The position numbers were made by a program, and so were the translations under genes. From contig NIVC01004681.1 of NCBI GenBank assembly GCA_002269645.1, positions 1 through 38,268 on the forward strand: DNA of 38,268 nucleotides. The letters are read 5' to 3'. The stretch comes from Macrostomum lignano. Taxonomy: Eukaryota. The notes under the pieces were generated by a model. The model was given only the letters and a program-made list of their open reading frames with translations. It ran no database searches and was not told the DNA's origin. Position 1 is the first letter of the stretch; every line of letters starts with the position of its first letter. Positions 1 through 10,229 of this stretch are shown here, one piece after another.

Positions 1-865
1 AAAACACTGTCATGCCTCTTTTTATACTTTTGTAACGAGGATCAGTTCCCAAATCAATCACAGTCCGTTTGCTTTGATATGCGCTCCTCTTGGAAAAAAA
101 AGATTACATGTTCGTAGCTTTGTATCTTTTCCCTGTGTTTGCTTTTCATTCTTTGAGTAGACGAAACCAAGGATTTGCCGTTGCTTTGCTCACTTTTTCC
201 CTTACTTGTAATGTATCCAATTCCGAACATTGCGACCGATATATCCACTTCTGTCTAAAATCTTTCCATATTTCTTGTCAACTCTAGGAACTGTATTTGA
301 TGAAAATGTGTACACCATAAACTTTCATTTGCTTTGCCATTTGCCTGAGCAGCTGCTTAATTTCGGTCCTTTCTCAGGCTACTCAATGTTTTACTTATAG
401 CCATAGGCATAATAATGTTATGACTCATGCAATTATGAGATACTATATTTTATTCTACTTTTTACTTGATATCTATCTAATTGACTGAAATAGAATTAAT
501 AACTCTACTTCTTGTGCTTAGTACACTTCGAAAACTTCTTACTCGTGTAGTGACTGGTAACACTAATAATTGCCAGTTGTCAGTCGTTATCTACGCATGC
601 CTACATACCTACGCATTTATGTTTTTAATGCGCAATTGTGTGATTCAAATATATTTAAATTGAAATGAATCTATCAGCTGTGGATTCGCTTCTTGCTATG
701 CAGCTTGTATAAAAAGACTTCAATACTTGTGTGCATGAGTACTTCTTGAAAGTGTCATCATTCATTTATTGGTAGATGTAATGGAATAAAAATGAGCACA
801 AATATTACAAATGACACAATTTTATTCCTTAATTAAATCATGCATCTTACTATTAGTAGCAATGT

Positions 866-1005
866 GATACCTCAATTATGCCAATTGTAATCCGATCGCA
901 ATCAAAATTTATAAAATTGCAATTCACTTACGTCCAATTGTTACAATTGAAATCTGCTTAAGACGGATTGCCAAGATTGTGATGTAACCACGCTCTGGTC
1001 GCGGG
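866..1005 (+). mobile_element. Left arm of an imperfect CAATTG-rich inverted repeat, paired with ~17840-17990
   Basis: TGATGTAACC (980-989) is the exact reverse complement of GGTTACATCA (17857-17866). 883-901 matches the reverse complement of 17943-17961 at 15/19, all mismatches C/T. GATTGCCAA is shared. No TSD seen. Confidence 0.55.
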
Positions 1006-1827
1006 ATAGGGCATGGGAACTTTTTCGAAAGTGCCTCCTATCCCGTGTACCCCCCTGCACAGAGCTGTCGAGACTCGGCCAGGTCTCCGACCAGGCCTGG
1101 AGACTCCCGCTCTGCTGCACCCCCCTGCTGCCTTGGTTCCGTCTCCCCTGCCGCCACACCTGCCTTTCCGGAGCTCCCGATCCTCTCTGTACCTTCCCCA
1201 TCTACCTTGTCTCCCCTGTGCTCCACCCTATTCTTCTTGTACTTTCCCTATCCCCCCTCTTTTTGTGTCTCTCTGCACTATTTTCCTGCGCTGCCCCCTC
1301 TTTCTCTGCGTCTACTTACAGTATTTTGTGTGCTCACCGACCTTCCATCCCTTCCCAAACTCCCAAACGGTGACACAAGTCCTGTGACCCCTTCTTCCCC
1401 TCGATGACTCATCGATGACTCATCCCCCTCTCTTGCGCAACCTTTTCTCATGCTATTGTTCTCCTCCCCAAATTTCATGCGACACCCACCCCACCTCCGC
1501 GTCTATTGTTCTCGTTTTTGATTCTTTTGTTCTCCTTACCCCCACAAATTATCACATTTTCTCCGATTTTCTCTTTCTTTTTTTCTCGTTTTCGCACCTA
1601 ATTATCACCTTTTCTCCAATGTTTGTTTTTCTATTGTTCTCGATTCTCCCCAATTATCCCCGATTTCCAATTCCCTTTGTTCTCGACCCCGGCCCCATTG
1701 TTCTCAATGTTTGCTTGCGCACCACTTTCGCGACCACCCGCTGCGCCAATTATCCCCCCACCCCACCTCCGGATTGCGCAATTTCCCTTTTTCTCATGTT
1801 GCTATGCCGGTCTCATGTTTCTCATCA

Positions 1828-1946
1828 TGACTCATTCTGACGTCATTCGACCGGCAGCCAATCAGAGAGAGAGGGCCGGAGTCATGGAAACGACCTTGGA
1901 GCGGCGGCTGGGAAGGCTATAAAAGGAGGCGGTTTTCGGCCTTTCA
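1828..1946 (+). promoter_or_regulatory. Pol II promoter-like cluster: AP-1, CRE, CCAAT, TATA, Inr-like
   Basis: TGACTCA 1828-1834, TGACGTCA 1838-1845, CCAAT 1858-1862, TATAAAA 1918-1924, and TCA ending at 1946. Two more TGACTCA sites at 1405-1411 and 1416-1422. Confidence 0.55.
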
Positions 1947-4024
1947 AAGCTGAAATATCAAAGCTGAAGAGAGAATGAACTGAGGTATCAAGGCTTGGAG
2001 GGAATTGTTGAGATGTCAAGTCTTGGGGGGGGGGGAATTCTGTGGATTGGGGATTCCTTCCATGAGGGCTGCTTCTAATGGATATCTTTAGATAGGTGAT
2101 TCATTGGGAAATTCCATCGATGGGGGATTCTTTCGATGGAGGGTTCTTTGAATGGGGGATTCTTTAGATGAAGGATTTTTTGGCCTAGGATTTTATTGAT
2201 GGGGGATTATTTAGACGGGAGACTCTTTGAATTCTTTAGATGGAGTTTATTTGGAGTATGATTCTTTGGATTATTTGGACGGGGTTCTTTAGATGAGGGG
2301 ACTCAGATTCAGATTCTTCAGATTCAATGATTCTTTTGATGGAGGTTTATTTGGATGAGAGAATATTTGCATTATTTTGATCGGGATTCTGTGGATGGGG
2401 GATTCTTTGGATAGGGATGGATGGGGGATTCTTTAGATTGGGATGGATGGGGGGATTCTTTGGATAGGGACGGATGGGGATTCTTCGGATCGGGGATTCT
2501 ATCGATGGGGGTTTCTTTGGATGGGGATTCTCTGCATGTGAGATTCTTTGTATCGTGGATTCTATGGGTGGTGGATTCTTTGGATGGGGGATTCTTTAAA
2601 TTTGAGATTCAGTTGGGTGAAATTTTATTGCGTGGAAAAACTGTGGTTTGAGTTTGGACGAATAGCCCCAACGGGGGTTGGAATTAGATAGCTGAGGAAA
2701 TTGTTTCACTAATCTTGGTGGGGGTAGTTTCTATCAGGGGATGCTTGCTCGGAAGAGAATTCTAAGATGTCAAGATTTATAGGGGGAATTATTGAAATAC
2801 CAGGTACATGTATAAAATCTTACCTATTGGAATTAATGAGATGTGAAGGCTTAAGAGGGACTTTGGGGGATTGCAAGGCTTAAGAGGGACTTGCTGAGAT
2901 GCAAGACTTGTGGGGGAGAATTGCTGAGATTTCAAGGCTTAACGGGGAACTGCTGAGATGTCAAGGCTTTGGACGGGGATAAATTGGTAAGATGTCAAGG
3001 CGTTGGACGGGGAGAAATTGGTAAGATGTCAAGGCGTTGGACGGGGAGAAATTGGTAAGATGTCAAGGCGTTGGACGGGGAGAAATTGGTAAGATGTCAA
3101 GGCTTTGGACGGGAAGAAATTGGTAAGATGTCAAGGCTTGGGGGAATTTTATGAGGTGTCGAGGCTCGGGGGAATTGCTGAGATGTTAAGTTTTGGGGGG
3201 AATTCTATGGATTGATGATTCTTTGGATGAGGGATGCTTCTAATGGATGGATATCTTTGGATAGATGATTCATTAGGGAATTCCTTTGATGGGGCATTGT
3301 TTCGATGGAGGGTTTTTCGAATAGTTGATTCTTTAAATGAAGGATTCGTTAGATGGGGGTTATTTGGACGGGGGTTCTTTAGATGAGGGGATTCTTTGGC
3401 CAAGAATTCTATTAATAGGGGGATTATTTGGATGGGAGATTCTTTGGATTCGTTGGATGGGGATTATTCGGACGGGGTTCTTTAGATGAGGGAATTCTTT
3501 GGCCAGTTATTTCTTTGATGGCGGATTATTTAGATGGGAGATCTATGGATTATTTAGATGGGAGATCTATGGTTTATTTAGATGGGGATTATGATGTGAA
3601 TTATGATGTGATGTGATTCATTGGGGGGATTCTTTGGATATGGATGGATGGGGATTCTTTAGGTAGGAATGAATGAGGAAATTCTTTGGATAGGAATGAA
3701 TGAGGAAATTCTTTGGATAGGGATGGATGGAGGATTCTTTATATTTGGATTCTGTGGATGAGGGATTCTTTGGATGGGGATTCTGTGGATGAGGGATTCT
3801 TTGGATGGGGATTCGTTAGATAGGGGGCTTCTGTAGATCGGGAATTTCTTGAGTAGGGGATTCATTGAATGGGGAATTATTCGGATCGGTGATTCTATCG
3901 ATAGGGGTTCTTTGGATGGGGGATTCTTTGCATGTGAGATTCTTTGCATCGGGGATTTTGTGGATGGGGAAAACTGTGGTTGGAGTTTGGACGGAAAGCC
4001 CCAACGGGGGTTGGGATTGGCTAG
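1947..4024 (+). mobile_element. Non-autonomous Helitron-like segment of G-rich degenerate minisatellites, ending in a canonical 3' terminus
   Basis: Recurrent GAGATGTCAAGGCTT and GGGGATTCTTTGGAT motifs. ~2010-2690 is duplicated at ~3175-4020. Terminal hairpin CCCAAC-GGGG-GTTGGG (4000-4015), then ATTGG-CTAG|T. 5' TC end not found. Confidence 0.65.
2971..3139 (+). repeat. 34-bp tandem repeat, 5 copies (GGACGGGGAGAAATTGGTAAGATGTCAAGGCGTT)
   Basis: Units read directly starting at 2971, 3005, 3039, 3073 and 3107. Confidence 0.95.
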
Positions 4025-4639
4025 TCCATCCAATATACTAAAAATGAAAATCTTGCTTGTTTGTTTGTTTGTACGCAATCGATTAGAGAAAAAATGGCTG
4101 GACCGATTTTCATGAGACTTGCACTGTTCGATCAGAAATTTTCCCGTGACGGTACATGCATCGTGGCTAAGAAATTTCTCGATGCTAAAGGCATAAAATA
4201 TTCGAAAAACATGCTTTTTTGCAAAGTTCAAGCAAACTTTTCGACTTGAAATGCATTGTAAGAATGCTAGAGAAAAAACTGACTGGTTGAATTATGATTC
4301 TGAAATAGATTGCATCATAACTGAATTGTAACTCCGACTTGAATTGCGTCACAGTATTGAAAATGCTGTGTGGAAGCGTAGCAACAGACTTGATTTAGAT
4401 TGCGTAACCATATTGTTAACTGATACTGACTGACTGAGAAATTGTTTATGTCATAACTGCCTCGTGTGATTTACTCTATGCTTGGAGTTTTGAAACTCCA
4501 AATAGAAGTGCTAAAATTCATGTTATCAAAACGATGAGAGCTAGCCTAGAGGTAAACAGACTGACTGCTAAATGCAGGGACGATGGTTCGAATTTTTAGA
4601 GAGTTTTTTTAATTAAAGTTTTTTAACGCCAAGAAAACT

Positions 4640-5160
4640 AAAAAATCATGGAAGCGTCATGTAAAAAATCATAAAAGCGTTATGTAAAAAATCATAAAAG
4701 CGTCATGTAAAAAATCTTAGAAGCGTCATGTAAAAATTATAGAAGCGTCATGTAAACAATCATAGAAGCGTCATGTAAAAAATCACAGAAGCGTCATGTA
4801 AAAATCATAGAAGCGTCATGTAAACAATCATAGAAGCGTCATCTAAACGATCATAGAAGCGTCATGTAAAAAATCATAGAAGCGTCATGTAAAAATCATA
4901 GAAGCGTCATGTAAACAATCATGGAAGCGTCATGTAAAAAAATCATAGAAGCGTCATGTAAAAAGCATAGAAGCGTCATATAAACAATCATAGAAGCGTC
5001 ATATAAAAAATCATAGAAGCATCATGTAAAAATCATAGAAGCGTCATGAAAAATCATAGAAGCCTCATTTAAAGACTAATGAAAGTGTCATTTAAAAAAT
5101 TAAGAAGCATCATGGTAGAATAAAAGAAGCGTCATGTCAGACATGAAAGGTGTCATGTAA
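4640..5160 (+). repeat. 22-23-bp minisatellite (AAAAAATCATAGAAGCGTCATGT), about 19 good and 4 degenerate copies
   Basis: Tandem units read directly. Confidence 0.95.
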
Positions 5161-5189
5161 AAATTAAATGCAGCTATAATGCTGTGCTG

Positions 5190-5919
5190 GGGAGAAAAAC
5201 TGAGACGTCAAGGCTCTCAGAGAATAACTAAGATTACGGGGGGGGGTTTCTGAGATGTTAAAGCAAAAGTCAGAAGCTACTTCAGAGTTCATGTACTTTA
5301 CTCAATTTTTTTATTACATTCTTTGTTGGCTCGCCACGGGGGGGGGGCGCTGATAGAAGAAGAGTCATGTAAAAAATAAAAGTAGCACTATGTATACATA
5401 AAAGAAAAGTCATGTCGAAGTTAAAAGATTAATTTGGGAATTGCTACGATGTCAAAGCTTGGTGGAAATCGTTATAGTGCTGTGATTCTTAAAAAAGGAA
5501 TCACTAAAATGTCAAGGCTTAGGGGAGAAGAATTGCTGAGATTTCAAGGCTTTAGGTTGGGTTAAAGTAACAGGGGATTTTTTAGATTTCAAGGTTTATG
5601 GGGGCCATCGCTGACATGTCAAGGCTTACGGGGGGAATAGCTGAGATGTCAAGGCTCACTGGGGTATAAATGAGATTTCAAGGCTAAAGCCAGAAGCTAC
5701 ATGTAGTTTATTAAAAACTTTTTGTTACATTATTTGATGCCTCCTCAGGGGAGGGATCGCTGATAAAAAAACCGTAATGTAAAAAATAAAAGAAGCTTCA
5801 TGTCGAAGTTAAGAGATTGATTTGGGAATTCCTACGATGTCGAGGCTTGCAGGGAATCGCTATAATGCTGTAGTAGTGCTATAATGACTCTTAGAGAGAA
5901 TTACTGAAATTTCAATGCT
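5190..5919 (+). repeat. Two diverged ~420-bp tandem units of the Helitron 3'-region repeat
   Basis: CAGAAGCTAC at 5271 and 5691 (offset 420). Each unit has a degenerate C-run/G-run hairpin and a CTGATA end, and resembles 12487-12711. Confidence 0.7.
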
Positions 5920-5990
5920 TTAGGGTTAGGTTAGGGTTAGGGCTAGGGTTAGGTTAGGGTTGGGGTTAGGTTAGGGTTAGGGCTAGGGTT
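5920..5990 (+). repeat. Interstitial telomere-like array (TTAGGG with TTAGG, CTAGGG and TTGGGG variants)
   Basis: Read directly. Confidence 0.95.
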
Positions 5991-6128
5991 GTCCTTTGAG
6001 GGGCTCAGGGCGGGTTAGAGTCGTGAGGGGCTGAGGGGCCACGCTTCTACGTACAAGAAGCGTGGAGGCAACTAAGATTAAGGAGTAGTCTTTGTAACAA
6101 AAATTCAAACAACTTCCCCCGTATCCAG

Positions 6129-7813
6129 GCTGCGAAACGTCCACTCGTCAACTCGTCAAGTGACCAACCCAGCAAACGGACAAAGGTAAGTATTTCGGTT
6201 CTGCAAACCACTTTTCTAATGATTTTTATACTTTATATAATTTTCTGAAAGCCTGTAGTAACACTTTTTAGAATCAAAATAAATGAATATTGTAATTGGT
6301 TTTCTGTAAGCATTAAGTAACTTTTTCTAGACTATAAAAGTGGTTAGGGTTTTCTAGACTATAAAAGTGTCATCCAAAATCTATTTTTTTCCTCAATCTG
6401 GTTGAATTGCTTTCCCAGTGGCAAACGACTGATGATGATGATGTGCCTTGCGAGCCTCACCTTTCGGCCTCACCTTGCGAGCCTCTGGTGCCTCTGGTGC
6501 CTCAGCGTGGCTCGGCCTCACCTCAGCGGCCACCGCATTCGGCCTCGGCCAGTGCCAGCAGTGCCACAACGGTGCCGAAGTGCCACAGCGGTCCAACCGG
6601 CCGTTCTTCAACGGTCCAACCGACCGGAAATTCTCATGAAGCGGTGAGTGTGTCACAATATTCACGTCATTCCTAAAGAATTTAGCAGACAGTAAATTTA
6701 ATGTATTTTTGTGTCAGAAAGTCAAACATTATTTCGCGTAGTAAGTTTTTCAGGAAGGGCACAATTCTTTTAGTAATCACGTTCAGATCAATACTTGTAA
6801 CCGGAAGTTTTTAATAAAAAGTATTCAGAACGCGATCATTAAGATTTTCAAGGGCAAGAACTTGATTTCTATTTATACTTTATATAATTTTCTGAAAGCC
6901 TGTAGTCACACTTTTTAGAATCAAAATAAATGAATATTGTAATTGGTTTTCTGTAAGCATTAGGTAACTTTTTCTAGACTATAAAAGTGGTTAGGGTTTT
7001 CTAGACTATAAAAGTGTCATCCAAAATCTAAATTTTTCCTCAATCTTGCTGAAATGCTTTCCCAGTGGCAAACCAATGATGATGTGCCCTGCGAGCCTGT
7101 GGTGCCTCTGGTGCCTCAGGTCTCCGGTGACTCGGCCTCACCTCAGCTGCCATCACATTCCGCCTCGGCCAGTGCCACAACGGTGCCAAGGAATTGTCCA
7201 ACCGGCCGTGTACATTCACATGAAGCGGTGAGTGTGTCACAATATTCACGTCATTCCTAAAGAATTTAGCAGACAGTAAATTCAATGTATTTTTGTGTCA
7301 GAAAGTCAAACATTATTTCGCGTAGTTTTTCAGGAAGGGCACAATTCTTTTAGTAATCACGTTCTGATCAATACTTGTAACCGGAAGTTTGAAAGTATTC
7401 AGAACGCGATCATTAAGATTTTCAAGGGCAAGAACTTGTAACTTGATCTTGATCTTAAAATTGGTTTCTTTTCCGTATTGGTTCGTGCATTTAATGTTCA
7501 ATTTTGTTTCATTTAGGATTTGAAGACGCTTGCGTGTAGAACGCACTTTAATTTACTGAATTCTGCGCAAAGTGATCTGGCGCGCAGGATTCAGTACGCT
7601 TCAAGCGAATTCGCAAATTGGACAGAAGACGAGAAGGGCCAGTTTTTACGGGCGTTTAAAAAATTCGGCAAAGAGTTTTCGAAGATCGCCGCCGCCATCA
7701 ATAGCAAGACTATTGCACAATGTGTGGCATTTTATTATAGCTCAAAGTATGAGCCTAAATTTAAGAATATGTACGCCGCCAAGAAGCGAGCAGCCAGGCG
7801 GAAGCGTCGATGA
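6129..7813 (+). CDS. Spliced gene for a small nuclear protein with a corepressor-type SANT domain (MIER/RERE/MIDEAS/NCoR class). Exons 6129-6185, 6419-6643, 7066-7227, 7517-7813.
   Basis: GT-AG junctions, all phase 0, no internal stop. Last exon reads WTEDEKGQFLRAFKKFGKEFSKIAAAINSKTIAQCVAFYYSSK, then a basic tail KKRAARRKRR and AATAAA at 7955. Start is unresolved: CCAG|GCT at 6129 is either an acceptor or a damaged ATG-GCT. Confidence 0.75.
6225..7438 (+). repeat. Tandem duplication of an intron+exon unit (6225-6863 vs 6872-7438)
   Basis: Near-identical intronic sequence at offset ~647. The duplicated exons (WQTTDDDDVPCEP... and WQTNDDVPCEP...) differ by in-frame indels. Confidence 0.95.
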
Positions 7814-8088
7814 ATTACATAATAATTATAATATTATTTCTTTAAGACAATTTATTTGTGCAAATAATTCAGGTTCAGGCATTATCTTATTTGAAAAACT
7901 TTTCTTTCTTTTTATTATATTCTTTCTGATTTTATCTGATTTGTGAGTTTGAGAAATAAATAAACCGTTTAAAAGTATTGTTTTTGATTTTGAGAAAAAA
8001 ATAAGCTGTTTAAAAATATTTAACGATGCGTAATTTTCTCGATTTCCCCTATTTTAAATATATAATTTACTAGAATCGAGAAAAGCAG

Positions 8089-9781
8089 ATGCGAGCTTTG
8101 GAATCAGAAAACGCCTGGCTAAAAGAAATGCTGCGAATTCAGCACGTCCTCATTATAAGCCAACGCAGGACCCTAGAATCGGTTCAAGGTTCTCCAAACC
8201 CAAAAATGCCTAGTGTAAGCCGTAAAATTTTAGATACCAATTCTTAATTCCATATTTTAACTAAGCATTCATAGTCTTTCTGCGAAAGCTTTAAATAAAA
8301 AAAGTAGTCAATTTACAAACTTATAAAAAAGTTTATAAGCACAATCAAGTCGTTTAGTGTTCAGTGTCAAATAATCTTTTTATTATCCAACACGCTTTTT
8401 CCAAGTAAGTTTTCCATGCTTTTAATGGCAAATGAATCAAAATTACATGATAACTTTAGCTAAATATATTTATATAACCTCAAATATAACCTGTCCAGCC
8501 AGCTGAAGGTGCCGGTGCCGGTGCTGCCGGTGCCACTATGACGGCCGCCTACACTGCCACATCCGCTGCTACCGCCACCTCCGCTGCTACTTCCACCACC
8601 GCCACCTCCGCTGCTACCTCCACCACCACCAGCTCCGCTGCTGCCGCTGTAAGTATTTTGTATCTGCTAGTATTCACGTTTACTTACTTGTAGCAGATCT
8701 ATATAAGCGGTATTCAGCACGCTATGCAGAAAGATAGCATAGAAACCCTGGCGCAAATTTTACGAGCTCGTAGTATAGTATAGCATGGCATAGCATGATA
8801 CCTTGCCCCAGATTCTACACAGGCCTACGATATCGTATAGATGTAAATTAGCAAGATGTACATTAATGTTCATTCGATCTAAATACTACTCAATATAGAC
8901 ACCGGACGCGCGTCGGTCCGTTATTAATGGATCCTTGCCTGGAGGGCCATTATTCGATGTATGTAATAAATATTTATTGTCTGGTTTAATTGTTATTTTT
9001 CGTCTTTTATCTACTACTTTTAAAGTACTTTTACTTATACCCGTATTATTTTCTTTTATACCTTTTGTATTTTGAGTCCTAAATCGTAAGTCCATAAGCT
9101 CTTAACCTCGTAGTTGAGGTTATACTTTAAGTCTCTACATGCTCATACAAGCCTCATACATACTTTAATTGAAAAAATATAGGTAGACCTCGATGCCTCA
9201 TTCGGCAGTGGCGACGTCGGCAGTGGCAGTGGCAACGACGAAGGCCCTGCCGACGTCACTATCCGCGGCCCTACGCGGGGAGCTAGCTTAAAGGGTGCCC
9301 GAAAGGCAGCAGGACAAGCAGAAGTCCTCCGGCGGCTCCTTAACAACGATGACTCAGCAGTAACTGTTAGTGCTACCCGGAGCAAAGGCCGCGGAGCTTT
9401 TGCATCGTGTGCCCTCGCCAGAGGAGCATACGTATGCGAGTATGCAGGTAAGCTTCTTAGCAAGACGGAATCCGACACTCGCTACGTCGAGCTCGCCGAG
9501 GCCGACAAAGACACGTTTTTTTATTTAACTTTGATTTCAATGGCCGGGAATATGCTATCGACGCCACGGACACCGATCGCGTCGGAAGGTTCTTAAATCA
9601 TTCTCGGACAAAAAAAAACTGCCGAGTAGTCACCACCGGTGTCCAATGTCCGGGAGGCGTGATTCGACCGGCCCTATATTTCCAGACTACAAAATATGTT
9701 CCGAAGGGACGTGAACTTTTATTCGACTACGGCCCTAGGGACGCGGAAACTCTGGAGAGTTGTAAGTGGCTGAACGATTAA
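8089..9781 (+). CDS. SETD8/PR-Set7 (KMT5A)-like SET-domain lysine methyltransferase. Exons 8089(or 8074)-8214, 8499-8648, 8899-8958, 9183-9781. One 1-nt frameshift in the T7 run at 9516-9522.
   Basis: Motifs KGRGAFA, CEYAG, YAIDAT, GRFLNHS, ELLFDYG and KWL match the SETD8 family. All introns are phase 0 GT-AG. AATAAA directly follows the stop. About 311 aa if the frameshift is corrected. Confidence 0.85.
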
Positions 9782-10229
9782 AATAAAACTCGTTCTAAAA
9801 ATATTCCCGTAAGAAATCAATACAAGATAAAGCTTAAACATACTTAAAAAATCGATTTAGATCACTTACAATTCTTTACTTAATAGCTTAATTGCTTAGT
9901 TGCTTAATACTTAATTACTTCATGGCTGATTTATTGCTCATAATTTTTTTTCATTGACCTCCTTATATTTTCTTTTTTAATTTTTGGTTTGCTTAGTACT
10001 TCGTATTTTACTTTGCTTACAATTTTGTGTTGCTTTGCTTATCATTTTGCTTATTGGCTTGCTTTCCGCATTATTTTGCTTATTATTTTGCTTTTTGGTT
10101 TGATAATTGAAGATTTTCTTTGCCTAGTGTGCCATGCTTCGAAAAAAATAACATGGTCGATAATGAGATAAGAATGTCGCAGCATTTCCAAGAAATAAAT
10201 TCGATTACTTAATTCGAAACTAATTAATG

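Noticed and set aside
941-1922. Several overlapping Pro/Ser/Leu-rich ORFs
   Set aside because: Open in many frames because of low-complexity pyrimidine-rich composition; no recognisable protein.
3149-4231. Minus-strand ORFs (84, 190 and 62 aa) and overlapping plus-strand ORFs
   Set aside because: They are translations of the G-rich minisatellite and Helitron ends, with no domain motifs.
2971-5160. CRISPR array
   Set aside because: Tandem repeats have no unique spacers, there are no cas genes, and the context is eukaryotic.
6039-6075. Hairpin plus CTAA as another Helitron 3' end
   Set aside because: It is followed by G rather than T and is unrelated to the CCCCAACGGGGG family ends.
9143-9478. 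Minus-strand 111-aa ORF
   Set aside because: Antisense to the SET exon, which has clear family motifs on the plus strand.
9510-9530. Programmed ribosomal frameshift in the SET gene
   Set aside because: The T run is not in the X XXY YYZ register, and similar homopolymer breaks occur across the window. Sequencing error or mutation is simpler.
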